DNA from: Takakia lepidozioides
Lineage: Eukaryota > Plantae > Bryophyta
Reading direction: 5' to 3'
DNA length: 64,000 bases
Assembly: GCA_030704615.1 (NCBI GenBank)
Contig: CM060731.1
Location: forward strand, 66,960,001 to 67,024,000
Below, piece by piece: positions 1 through 13,451 of this stretch. Numbering within the stretch: the stretch's first letter is position 1; every line of letters begins with the position of its first letter. Both the position numbers and the translations under genes were made by a program. The notes beneath the pieces are model-generated. The model was not told where the DNA came from and searched no databases. It saw only the letters and a program-made list of their open reading frames with translations.

Positions 1-3000
1 GGTCCTGCTCTGTATGTAAAACTCATTATTTTCGTCTTCAGGTCGTCCTTTGGGTTCAAATAACAGCCTTACCGCTGGGGGATTCTCCTCCACAAACTCC
101 GCCAGTCCCCGTTTCACATACCTGCACATGTCACAGACTAGTTTAGCAAGACTAGGGATCAAGCAAGGTTGGAAATGGTAGAGGCCTTTGAAAAGCAAGC
201 CAAGAATACCAAGGGGTATTCTTATAGCAAGGGGGGGAGTTGTCAGGGAGTACTTTAAAAGACTTGATATGAGTCACTAGAGAGCTGATCTACTGAGGCA
301 AGGTTGAGAGCATAGTATGCTAGATGAGCTAGTGTACTCCTTAGCTAGTATCAAGAAGAGGATCAACGTTGGGTGGATAACTTGCTCAATTCATGATTGA
401 GGGTCTGGCTTAATATCTTAGGATCATAACAGTGTCTAGACTAGCTCACTAACTGTTGATCTCTTACAGCCTCTGCAAAAACGCTGACTTCTCCACCCTT
501 CACAAACATGCTCCAGGAAGTGCATAGTGAGATAATGTACGCAAACCGTATCATCTGCAAGACTGTTAACCAGGATTGAGTTCCATGCAATATGATTGAC
601 ACAGTTGTCTAGAATGCTGAAACTCGGCTCCAATGCCCACCTGGTTGCCAGGCTGAAGGAACCTCAAGGATGGCTCATGATATACAAGCAATAAACACTC
701 CAAAAGAATGCATCTTTCCGTGAACAAAACAACAAAGAGGCACACCAACAGGAAAGATGGTTAACCAATCAAGCTTCTTTCGGTCACAGTAGCAAAGTAG
801 GCGGCCATCGCCTGCGTAGATGCGGCAATTATGATATACAGGCGCCTTGCAAGAAAACTTTTTCACAAACTGCATGCGTGCTCGCTCCACATTCCCTAGC
901 CTCCAACGTTTGGGTATTTTGCGCTCCCAACCCAGTCCCTTTCGGTCTGCAATGCCCTCCTCTCGCTTTCCTTCTCTTGCCCCTCCAGATTCAGAACCTC
1001 TATCAAATCCCAGTAGTGATACTAAAGTGCTATTCTTCTTGAAAAAGAGCATGTTCTTGAGCAAGGAGAAGCCATAGCCATCAAGCTCAAAGTTGGCTTG
1101 CCACGGCCAGACACTATCTTCGGATTTCTTCCCTGCAAATTCTGACATGATGCCACAGAGAGCTGCCATATGATGTCGCACTGTTGGTGATGGAGATGGT
1201 AGTGAGGGCAACCCTGCCAAACTTAAGGATTCTGAGGCCTGTGAAACTGCATCAGCAGCTGCTATGGTCAAAGAGATTGAAACAGGGGTAAGGGGACGTT
1301 TCATGGCCAGTGCCAGGATGGCTGCGTCTGATAGCAGAGACCGCAAACTGGTATCCTCCATGCGAGCCTGTGACACACCATATAGAAATTATCTTTACGC
1401 GACAGTGCAGCACATTGCATAAGAAACTACATAATACACACAACCACACATAATCCAGATCTAATGGAGTAAATGAGAATCAACTCAGAACACAAGTTAA
1501 TTATTACAATCAGAAGGTGAACACTGTGCTGAATTTCACCAGTGAGTCCCGCCATTCACACAGCCTCTTCACCAACTCCCATATTCTCTCTCCATCCTGC
1601 ACACAAAGGCATGCCAATAAGAACTTGATTGACCACGAGAGTCTGACCTATCATGTTCAGAACTACCATTTTACCCACCGTGTACAATAAGTCACAACAT
1701 AGAACAGACCACCAACCTCTGACAGGCATGAAGTGTCTTGGTTATTGTAGAAGCGAGAAAGCAAAGATGTGGCCACAGTGGAGGGGGACACACCCACACC
1801 CTCCTTCTCATAAAGTTGCAGGCACAACAAGTTTGAGCGACGCGTGGCTTCTGCCGTAAGATCCGTCTGTTTCCTACCATCTGCATTCTCCTGGTATCCA
1901 CCTGCGGCGAGAGGGTCACCCTCTGGTATACACATCTGTACTGATTATGCTTCAGTGTGTGCCTAACAAGCTGCCTTACTGTAATGACAAACTAGTTCTC
2001 AAGATTCTATGGCAACTGGGAATTTAGTCCATGGATGTTAGAATAAAATCAGTGAGGTATGGTAATGAACCTTGGCTATGTATTTCATGACTCGGTATTC
2101 CTATTACCGGAAGTAGAGATGTGACCCAAGCACGTGGTTTCCAAGGGCCCATGCTGCCTGGCACCCTGGCCAGCCCAGGGGTGCTGACAGGATGAGCCTG
2201 GATGCCCCCTTACTCATAAGAGGTGCAACTTTCACAATGAGAGATCACTAGGCCAGTGTGTAGTCTCTAGCCTAGAGTCTCGACCACAAGTACATCAGAT
2301 TTCTGCACATGTTATATTCTTATATATGTCTGAATTATGAAAGAGTGAATGAGCCATCTAGTCAATATACCAGGGTGTGCCTGCAGAAGTTCAGATCGAA
2401 GACAATGGGCAATGAAGAGCAAGAAATGTGCATCAGTGCATGCATATTGCACCATCTCTGCTGGCAACGGCCGGAGCCGCCAGTCTGCCCGCTGCCAAGA
2501 CAGGACGCATCACATCATCAAAGATCACTCAGAGGTTCTGAGTTACCTTTACCAGTACACTGGATCAGAAACTCATAAACTGTGCGCCATAGGAACTTTG
2601 AGCATTTAGAGTTCCAAAAGGCAGAATCCACCAGGACACACCTATCATCAATCTCTGCCAGGCGCTAGCAATAAAATCTCTACCTGACATCTCTGAATGC
2701 TGCTACCAACAAAACTCTAAGCCTTGATTCAGTGGGATACCTGATATAGTTTGTTGGTTGACACACCGCAGTATGTCTGCAATAAATATGCCAGTGACCG
2801 CTGTGGCTTTGCTAGTACATCACATGCCTGGTTGAGAAACGAGCACTGTATTCAGACTTTATCTACCACTTCTCACTAGAATAATGCAAAGATGAAGCCT
2901 TTTTGGCATACACACAAATCCACTTTTGCAAACATCCTTCAAGCTTGCACAAAGGAGACCATCGGGGCAATTTCCTGAACAACTGCAGACTAGCTTTCAA

Positions 3001-5084
3001 TGCTGGCCTTGAGTGCAAAAGCAGAGATGTAAAATCTTCAGGACCAGCAAGCAATAGAGCACAGGGAAGACCTATCTGAACAAACCTGCAAAAGCACTTA
3101 CACGAGCAGTGTCAAACAAGTTGACAATGTAGATATGAAAATCCCTTTGCAACCACAGACTATCACTGTCTGCCCCATGGAAAACCTGCCACACCCACCA
3201 ATGCAAGCTGAAAACTAGAATGAAGAGGACAGCCCTGAACAAGTTCTCATAGTGCAGCTTCCAACACCGATCATGCCGTTGACACTTCCACTCATCTCCA
3301 ATGAATGTGTAGCAGACATAGAGTGAAAGGACTTATTCAACAGCAACCAAGCCAATTTTTCTATAGAAGCAGTCCACTTGGCAAAATTGACCTTAAATAC
3401 CAATCCACTTGCCAGGAATTGAGACCTAGTTTAGTGCGGAACAGTACCTTGCCAATGGCAGGGTTGGAAAAAATAGGACGGAGAAGGTGCATATCATCAT
3501 GCAACGCAATGGCATCTACAAGATAGTCAGTCTTGTATGTTGAAATCTGCTCTGATCCCAGCCCAGCCAACAAATCCACTCCAGCTTTAGATCACAACTA
3601 CCATCTCCACAGAACATCAGCAAAACCAAAACCACTTTACACCAGTTCTGAGGCAGCTCAGGATCACACAATACTTTTGGCCTTGACCATAGCAAGCAAA
3701 TACGCAGAAATCTCTGAATCGTGCATAGCCGTCTTTCAGACCAAACAAAAAGAGAAAAGGTCCAATCTTACAAACCTACATTTCTCTGCTCATCCCCTCC
3801 CTGCACCTGAGGTTGTGCTTAGTTGTGCACTTGCTAGATAATATTCACACCTTAAGCATAGAGATCCGGCAAATCAGTTAGTTCTGTACACTTCCTGTGG
3901 TCCCAAGGCTGTCCACAAGATACTGACATCCTCTCTCCGTCTTTCTGGCACACATGCTCATGTATACATGGATCACATACACCTCTGAGACAAGAACAGA
4001 GCAATCATATGGTACCTGCATGAGAGCAGTGAAGCCAAGAAAGGAATGGGTACTGTGCTGTTCAGTATCCACCCCAATCTCAGCCTCCCCTCTAAGCAAT
4101 TCAACCAAAGTCTCCAGCTGGCTTTTTGTTTGCACCCACACACATGGTTCTTCCATGCCAGGTGGCATTCCCTCAGGATGTGGAGGAGTTGGGGGAGGAT
4201 GCTCTGCCAAGGCTCGGATGACTTCACCATAAGGGTGCCCTTCCTGGGAGCCTGAAAAACCACAATTCAAACAAGGAACTTGAATTCCTTACTACATTTA
4301 TCTTTCAAATTCGTCTTGTCCCTGTACATGTAGAGATGCTTGCTAATGAATTCCAAACGTTGCCTACTCCAATAAGGGTTTAAATCCTAAACCCCGCTAA
4401 TTCTCAAAACCTGCAAGCCCAGCCATAGGCTTGCCACCTCCTGTCTGCTTGCTCCTCCCGAGACATCATAACCAAGGTATTGTACTCAGACAGACTAGCA
4501 CTGCCGCAAGTGTATCCTTTACTCCGGCTATGGACTACGGAAGCACTGCACATTTTATTCAAAAAATTGGAAGCCTTGCAGTTTGGTCGGAGTGGATCGA
4601 GGCCAGGCTGCCGGTCTTCCGGTTGACCCTATCACAGAAACAAAATGATGGACATGAGCGTCGCTCGGTGCATTTCACTTCGCCATCGCTCTCAACAGCT
4701 CAGGAGGTGAGGGATGTTTGAGCACAACCAGCACGGAGAATAGGGTACAATATGCACACACCACTTAAGTAAGCCAACGGGCAATGCCAAGACCACAGTC
4801 ATGTTTACGTCTTTACTTATCGCAGAAATTGTCTTCACGATTAGCTCACACCAACAATCAGCTTTGGAACTAGACCAACCATTGTCCTGACAAGGAAGAT
4901 GGACAAAGGGCGACGAAGAATTGTCCGCTAGCACGAACTTGAATTTCTTCTGGGGCTTTCCTTCCACGGATCCAAGCAACAACAGCTTTCTACGCCTGCG
5001 TCGAGAATAGATGACAACCATAGAGACAGCAGCCAGAAGCGTTGAGACCGTTGCAAAACAAGCCCGTCTGCTAACAGAGGCCAT
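1..5084 (-). CDS. RRP6L3: RRP6-like 3 exosome-associated 3'-5' exoribonuclease, multi-exon, 3' end beyond window
   Basis: ATG at 5084. Exon 1 (5084-4880) has an N-terminal hydrophobic anchor and [12 protein letters not shown]. Exon 2 (4251-4016) has the DEDDy ExoI motif [20 protein letters not shown]. Further exons encode [47 protein letters not shown]...[64 protein letters not shown], and (1-122) [17 protein letters not shown]. Confidence 0.92.
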
Positions 5085-6638
5085 TGTCAAGCTAAAACTA
5101 CAGTACAAAGTAGCCTCGCAAGTGGATTCAGCGATCCGCCATAGCTATACTCAAAGCAGATCAACTGCAGATCAAACCGGCAGGTAGCTCAAGCTACAAT
5201 TCAATTTGTCACATGGGTGCTAAAAATCTCTCTATCCTTCAGCGATCCGCCATACTACATATACCTACTCTCAGAGCACATCAACACGGCGGTTGACAAT
5301 GGTACATTCAAGGGGCGGTGTCCCCTGCTTCATCCTTCATGCTTCTGTTTTCAAGCTTATTTTTTCCTTGTCTTTCCTTTTCTAGTATAGTGATATATCT
5401 GAGGGCCTCTGTCCCCTCTTTCTAAGAATTCTTTAATGGAAAAAAAAAGATGAGAATGGAGTGGGGACCTCGAAGAAGCCTAAAGGGAACGAGTGCGAGA
5501 TACTCTGAAATATGAAACCCTCTCCATTCTTCCACGGGAATATGTGGGTTTTCTCTGGCAACAATTGCCACACCTATAGTGCCCACACCAAACACCACAA
5601 AGAAACGAAAACACAAAATACTACAAGAAAACATAACACCGAACCAAACCGCAAGACTACGGGAGATGCGCATGAAGATCTCGAAGTTCAAGTGTGCTTT
5701 GATTTTAGAGCTCAGTTCTCATGGTGCCGCCAGCTGATAGAATAATTTAGGCCCACAACTGCTCCTCCATGGTACTTGACGAGATCTACTCCCCTTCATG
5801 ACTAAGTTAAAATCGCAAAGAATTATGCACTAACACAAGTGCTGACAGTAAGAGAACTAAAGCTTGTGGACATTTGTCATGATGGCAGAAGTTAATTATA
5901 TAGACAAGCGAAGGATAATGCTACTGGAACCACCTCCATATGCCTTGGTTTCATAACTGTACACCTTGCTCTTCTGGCATTCAATGCGTGCTCATAGGAG
6001 TCCATGGGTCGCCAAGTATGGAGGAAGGTATAAATCCATTCCTCGACTATTGCACACAATCAACAATCTCCTGTCCAAACCATATCTGACAAGAACAAGT
6101 TTGGCTTCTCTTGTGGATGCTCACGGTGTCAAAATCTACATTGGTCCTTTCTCTATTTCCAGTACAAAGTGGGACGTCACCTTTCCACCAGTCTTTTACA
6201 TAGGGGTGGGTAATACGAAAGCCTCCAATGACTCTCTCTGCATTCTTGGCAATCCTCAACAGAGACATAACCCTCCATGTTCATAGCCAGAATGCACATG
6301 GTAATCTGTACCAGATCCACCAACTTGACACTGAAAAGAATTTGTTTCTCTAGTTAAAAGCACCATATCTCCAAGTGCATTGCCCTCTTCACATGCAGCC
6401 TGAAATGCTCCGATGCACGATGCACTCACATCACGTCCATGGAGATGCTTGGAAGCAACTGTAAGTTTTCCCACATAGGCAGCTACTTTTTCCTCCTGTG
6501 GCTAGATCTGGTAGTCCCAGTCATACACATTACCTCTGCAATGGTGGTCTGATCCCTCAAGTGTATTTCCTTCTGAGGCCCCAAGGAGAAACCCTTTGAC
6601 TACCTCCATGAGGGTGGTAGATGTCAGGACCATGGTTT

Positions 6639-9083
6639 TCACTTGACTTCTTGCTGGAGTGTGTGAGGCCCCCCCATCTCCATTCGCCCATTTTCCTCAG
6701 TGCTGGGAGAAACCTTCAAATCAACAGTAGCAGGGGACCTATTAACCTGAGATGCACATGGATCCTGGGAGGTAGTAGGATCTGGAAGGTTTGCATCTAA
6801 TCCTGCAGATACATGGACCATGGCATCTGCCCTATCGAGGTCCACACCTGGAACCTCTAAGCGGTGAGAGAGACTCTGAGGATGGGGACTAGCAGGAAGA
6901 CAACTGGGGCTCATTGCCACCAAAGGCTCCTCCTGGATTCGGCCATTTTCCTCAGCAGGAGAGGGGCTACTATCAACAGGAGCATGGAGGTTGTCAACCT
7001 GTGATGGACATGGTCCATGGGAGGGGATAGGAGCTGGAAGATGTGCATTTTGAGGAGCAATGATGGCAGGAGAAGGCATAGCATCAACAGGAGCATGGAG
7101 GTTGTCAACCCATGATGCAAATCGATCCTGGGAGTGGGTAGGAGCTAGGGGGTGTGGAAATAAGGGACGAAGAATAGCAGGACAGGGCATATTATTAACA
7201 GGAGCATGGAGGTTGTCAACTTGTGATACACATGGATTGTGGGAGGGGGTAAGAACTGGAAAGTGTGGAAATTGAGGACAGACAGTGGCAGAAGGGATAT
7301 TATCAACAGAACGGGCTTGAAGGCTCTCAACCTGTGGTGCATATGGATGCTGGGAAGGGCCAGGAGCTGGAGGGTGTGTACCTAGAGGACGATAAGTAGC
7401 AGGAGAAAGCACATTATGGACAGAAGGAGCATGGAGGTTGTCAATCTGTGATGCATATGGATCCTGGGAGGGGGTAGGAGCTGGAAGGTGTGCAGATAGG
7501 GGACAGACAACGTTATCAGCCATAGCAACATCCTCACCTCTAGCCACACCCTGAACCACAGGAGGACAAGTCTGAGGAGGGGGACATGGAAAAGGAGGCC
7601 GACGAGGAAGAGCATAGGGGCTCCTTATTGCAAAAGGTTCCACCTGGATTCGCCCATTTTCCACAGTGCCAGGAGAAGGCCTAACATTAACACTAGGAGC
7701 ATGGGCTTTATCAACCTGCAATGCATATGGACCCTGGGAGGGGGTTGTAGCTCGAAGGTGTGCAAATAGAGGATCAGCAATGGCATCAGCCATAGGAATG
7801 TCCTCACATCCAGCTGCACCCGGAATCTGTAACGGGGGAGGGAGGCTCTGAGGAGGGGCCATTTGAAGAGGAGGAAAAACATAGGGGCTCCTTGTTGCAA
7901 AAGGCTCCACCTGGGTCATTATGCACACATCACCTGCTGCGCCCTGTCCATCCTCCCCACCACTACCTCCATCAGGTGCCTCATCATAAGTGAGCTCAAC
8001 AAGGCTGTCAGTGTCTGCGATGGGCAGCCCATGCTTGCGCGCATATGCCCTTGCTCCCTCCTTGTTAAGCTTCTCTCTCTTTCCTTCATTCAACCTCCAC
8101 TTGGCCATGGCTGTGGAAACATACCGGGAGACGAAGTCATCCTTGCTTTGCTCCCACCTGCATAAGACTTTTGGTTAATAATAGTCAAACGTCGACAGAG
8201 GTTATTTACTTGCAGGTAATAACTACATACATCAATGGTATGTAACAAGCAAAATGATGAGGGGTATAATAGTTTTCTTAATTAGAAGTGTTGTCTTTGC
8301 ATTGGCTGAGAGCAACAAATGGGAAATTCACTTTATCACAGAACCAACAAAGAAAATAACCTACCTCCAACGCCTACCCTCCTGGTTGTGGTATTGGACA
8401 ACACTTTGTAAAGCTTGTGCACGGCGGTCTTTGTGGTCCTTCCAGCCACGCACTGCCCATGCAATGCGCAATTCTCGTATCACTGCGCTCAGCTCCTTGT
8501 CAGGTTTAAACTTTTTCAAGAGATCCCGCATGTAAGCTGCATTGTTCCTACCACCTAAATCATTCACAGCTTCTTTATTCAATTCCCCTTCCCCCCAGCG
8601 CAAAACACCCACGGCCTTCTCCAACTCTAACTCTAGCACATTTGCCAGAACAGGCTTGGGGATAAACGGTGGAGGGGGTCCCAAGTCCTTTGTTGCCTCC
8701 TCATATTGCTTAATTGCAGCAAGCTTGTGTAAACGCCGTGCCTTTGCCTCTGCATGTTTCACACGTCTCGCAGGATTAGCCATCATCCGCAAGTTATTCC
8801 TCTTGCTCTTTTCAGCATCATAGGGCCTGTCATGATATATCTTAGGACGGCCCGACTTGCCCGGTTTCAGTAGAGGGAGTTTCTCACGTGCCAAGTGGAA
8901 GTTGAAATTAAACTTCGTGGTATACCCAGCCTCAGGGCCCGTCTTGCATCTCAAGCAATGGTAGTTGCCTGAGACAGGGTCTCGAAAGTAGTGATCTCCC
9001 TCCTGCGCATATTCAGCAGCCTCCAGCGCGTATTCAGCCTCCATGAAGCACCTGGAAGTCCCATGACAGTGTCTGACATTCAT
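6639..9083 (-). CDS. Uncharacterised two-exon protein: N-terminal C2H2-like zinc finger + GRP (AT-hook-like) + basic helix, C-terminal Pro-rich tandem repeats
   Basis: ORFs 8361-9083 and 6639-8108 join in frame through a GT-AG intron at 8364-8158 (…RWR|WEQSKDDFVSRYVSTAMAK…). Motif YHCLRCKTGPEAGYTTKFNFNFHL followed by PGKSGRPK. The true start may be MEAEY near 9044. Confidence 0.6.
6700..7915 (-). repeat. Coding tandem repeats (~117-120 bp unit, P-A-P-T-P-S-Q-D-P-Y-A-S-Q-V-D-N-L-H-A-P, ~7 copies) plus three VEPF/EEPL...SP blocks
   Basis: Recurrent aggagcatggaggttgtcaac at ~6978, 7088, 7200 and 7426, with related units at 7310, 7695 and 6730. Confidence 0.85.
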
Positions 9084-9564
9084 AATACATTCCCTTTGCT
9101 AAATAAGCATAAACTTCACCACCAGGTTGTAGAAGCCAGTGTTACAAGGTGTGACACGGAGGAAGATAAACCTCCAAGTGTTGCAGAAAAGTAACACTGA
9201 TCATAGTTTCATTGACTATTGTGTGAAAGGTATTGCCTATGTGCAAGTAAAAGCAGAGATCCAGCACAAGGCACAAGAAAATATTAGAGCACAATTGAAA
9301 AGGTTAAGCCATCAATGAGACACAAGCCAACGTGTTTGCTTGAAAGGGTATTGCTTAAAGGGCCATCAAGTAAAAGCCAACGTAAGGCCACTCTTTAGAA
9401 ACTGGTACCTTATAATGTGAGACTCATGAAAACCAACCACAAGCCAACCCACTTGCAGTTGGGAAGTGTTTGAGACCCTGTCTAAGTTAGTGTACATGCT
9501 CTCTTTGAAGGGAGAGGGAAGTAACAGGGCAGCTTGACCCTTGACCTCCTCCCACCATAGCTTC

Positions 9565-9608
9565 TTCTCTCTCTCTCTCACACACACACACACACTATCA
9601 CACACACA
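9565..9608 (+). repeat. Compound (CT)n(CA)n microsatellite
   Basis: ctctctctctctcacacacacacacacac. Confidence 0.9.
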
Positions 9609-12229
9609 ATAGTCTCAACCACGGGGAGAATATACTGCAGTTGAATACAGGCCATTGCTAAACACTAGACATCACAACTGTAATTTTGCACATTTCATAG
9701 TTTTCCCCCAATTAAAAAATGTAGAGGTTGCACCTGCTATCCGCTTTGGTGGTCAATGCATGTAGTGGAGTTGTTTGCTCATGGACACGACTTCCAAGAT
9801 TGCAGTGTGATTCACAAAATTAACTTCCTAAACACACCCACAGAGTCAATACACCTGCACACAGTCAAAACACACCAAATAGAACACACACATACACGAG
9901 CATGCACACACACAACACTAGATACTCATCACTCATGAAATAAAAGCCCTGCCGACTTGATCCATATCCACAAAATGAACAACATGGATTCCAAACAAAA
10001 ACATACATACAAAAAAGAGAATGAGAAGCACCTTAGGAAAAGGAACTACCAAGGTTGGGTAGAGCCCAACTTCCTCTTATGTCTTCCACAATCTGCCCCC
10101 CACAATCTGCCCCGCATTTTTCAACCCTATCAATGAAACAACCCTACTCAGCAGCCCTATGGCTAGAAATGCACCAAAGACTCGCACTAACTATAAGACC
10201 GGGATCATAGATGGTAGGTGAGTATTCTACCAACCTTAAGCATTCTACGACAGGATTGAAACCCACTGTCCTACATGTGCTATGCTATTTCCCAATGTCT
10301 GATCTGTTTCCCATGCTCACAGTGCCATCTGCCCTGAATTGTGCCCCATGTCGTCCATCCACTGCTGCTCGCCACTGCCCCGTTCGCAGCTCGCTTCCTA
10401 CTCGCGTCCGTCGGCCGCACTGGCCCTAGCTGGCCCCCACTTCCCCACTTTTGTATCAGCATCTGCCACTTCACCTTATTTCTCCTTCCCTCGTGATTAA
10501 TGCCATAAAGATCAACAATCCGAATGCAGAATACAACAATAACCCATCACTAACAATGTCCGATACGCGCCCCGTGATACCCACTACTGCTATACAACGA
10601 GCAGCACCACCGACTGCCACAAAAGCAAGGAGCGAAAGTAAATCACTACACAAGCCCATGAAGCTCGAATGTCTGGTTGTGTGAGCAGTGCACCTGCTGA
10701 CAAACGAATCACAACACTCCCACTGAAGCGCTCAGATTTCGGGCGCTGTGCCAGCATTCGAGAGCCACTGCATCTTATTAACTTACTTACTTCCTGTCCA
10801 TCCCCACCCCCAGGCCCTCTACTTAGGTCAAGCCCCACGAGAGAGACACACACAACAGGGACTTAAGATTTTAAGGGGAAAAAAAAGATACCCATTGAAA
10901 TACAGAGACCAATGCCAAACTTAACCCTTAAGGAGGAGCTGTTTACCGAAACGTATATACCTTCATGGATGAGGGCATATCTCCCTGGCCCAGGGAAATG
11001 AACCTTACAACTTTCATCCTACCTACTACATGTGCCTGCAAAATGACAGAGTATTTGACCGTTCCAATTGTTATATTATAACAATTTTGTATTGTTGTTT
11101 TTTCAAGTCCATCACATTTCACCTTGAATAATGAATCTCCTTTAATGACCAGGGATTTGCCCGATGTTTATGATTGTTCTTGTGGACATGCCCTCCACAT
11201 TCTAGATGTGGGGCCACCGGTAGGACACTCGCACCGTGAAATTTCAGATCCAAACAACAAGTTTTGGAGGGGGTCGGTTTGTATGTGAAAATAGGGGGGT
11301 AAATTAGCCTGTAAGTACTCTACAAAGTGAAATCATCCGGGAGAAGGGAAATTCCACAATGGAGTGAAAATTCCAGCGGTAGAAAGGTGCAGTGCCTGCA
11401 CAATGCACACAAGTCTGCCCAAATTAGACAGGAAAATTCCAAAACCCAAAGACCGGATGTACATTTAGTACATTTAGGTGAAACTTCCGGTTATGTCCAA
11501 CTCGGGCAATCAGTGGCCGGACCGGCCTACCTTTTCCGGCACGTTTTTTGGGCCACGTCACTCACAACCCCACGACGTGAAGGGCTTCCCGGGAAGCCAA
11601 AATAAGTGCACCCGGCGTGGTTTCCAAGAGCCCGTAACATTTTCGGGCGCCAACTGCCAGGAACCAACAACCTTTACATGAAGTGAGGCCCTTTACCACT
11701 ACCTGCAGAGAACAATGCGGGGGATTGAACCCCCAAATTTGCCCATAATGCAGACAGTCGCCCCCCCAACCAAGCAGCTAAGCATTCCCTCAACAAACCC
11801 ACCAAGCAAGTTGCGGCTCCCCTCTACCCAAAGGAACAACAAAAACCCAAAAAATGAACAAACCCACTCCCAGCCCAATCCAATGCCAAAGCAACACAGC
11901 AACCAGAGCCCCTCAACCACCGATGACGCCCGAACAAAGCAGCAACCTAGCATCGCCAACAGCCTGCCCGAGCCCCACACTGATGTCACCAGCCCTCCCC
12001 ACTTTCTTGACTACCCGCCCTCACACCATTAAGCATCCCCACACAGGCACACCACGCACACCCTGCCAACATAAAAACATAGACAGTCAGAAATTAGAGC
12101 CCTCATACTTGCCCGCCACAATGAACACAACACAAAAACATCAAGACAAGAATTGAATTGAAGTCGTCTTCCCGTGTTGCAGTGAGCCTCCCGCCAGCAA
12201 ACACCCACGCACATGTACGTGGACTGAGA

Positions 12230-12370
12230 CTATGGGCAGTAGTAGTATATCATCCCCTAAACCCTGGGAAAAACCAAAACGATTGGGATGCAATTCTCCC
12301 AGCGGCATTGAATTCGCAAAACAATTCAAAGGGTAAAACTCATGCAAGTGGGAACCCTTGCATACCATCA
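12230..12370 (+). mobile_element. Possible degenerate LTR-retrotransposon integrase fragment
   Basis: KNQNDWDAILPAALNSQNNSKG resembles the Gypsy integrase NQxDWxxxLPxAEFAYNNS motif. No other pol motifs were found. Confidence 0.3.
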
Positions 12371-13451
12371 TCGGTTTTCCTTCTCAAGTGGCCCCTCTGA
12401 GGTGGTGAAGTCACAGACGTAGGAACGGACCGCTTGGCACGAGCTAGTGCCTTCATGGATTTGACTGTCGGCATGAGGCCAAACCAATTCTCTTAAAATG
12501 TCATTAACAGCGTCACTGAACCCCTGTGGATCACCCTCTTCCCTTCTCTCTTACCACCCTAACAGCAAGGCCACTTGCCTACGAAACAAGAAACGTCAAT
12601 TGTGTGCCTTCAGGTGTCTCGGCCAACGATAATTAGCACGCGGACGTTGGCGCAAACTAAGCAAGAAATCTGTTGAGAGACAACCTATGACTTTCAATTG
12701 CCCTTCAGTTGCATGTTGTTCCTCTAAGGCCCAAGAGGACAAGACATCAACTGCCTTTTGTAGGTGCGATGGAGGTGGTGGTGGCTCGGGAGAAGCCAGT
12801 TGCTGTCGCTTATGAGCCATTATCACCTGCGCCCTTCCCAAAACCTTCCACAGTATGCAGGAATCAAAGCAACCGTCAAAACATAACCACAAAACAGGAG
12901 CAAAACGGAAGCCCAGGTCAATGCAACACGCAACATGAAAGGCAAAAGGAGAGCAGTAAAGATTCTTCCCACGCCCTAGCATTAGCACACACACACTAGC
13001 AAACAACGAACCCTACAGAGCATGAAGTCATGGGAACAGGAGCATAATGCAAGACGACGATGACCAGCTGCTCAAATGGAATCGGTGTCACCCCCGTAAG
13101 AATTGGTGTCACCCCCCGTTTTCTTTCATTTCTTGATAGCTACCAAAACTTGTTGTGTCTCGAAAGAGACTTACTCAATAGAATCAAAGGACCCACCGAG
13201 GAGAAAGAAAACAACTAGGAGGCAAGAAATGCCACTTTAACGTACCAAGCCCCAAATCCCATTTGCATTTTCTTGAAACGAGCATTGGAGGCCTTAAATT
13301 TCGGTTGGAATTTTGCTTTGCCCTTTTCTCTATCTTTTTTCTTTGTCTCTTTGGAAATCTTCAAAAGCCTCAAATTGAAGTTGACGAAAATGATTCCAAT
13401 ACCTTGGATTGACAGCATTTCCACGCTTCGTTTTGAAATTTTCAAGAGCCT

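Noticed and set aside
10860-12150. Possible LTR or TE-like GC-rich region
   Set aside because: No paired LTR, PBS or TSD could be identified.
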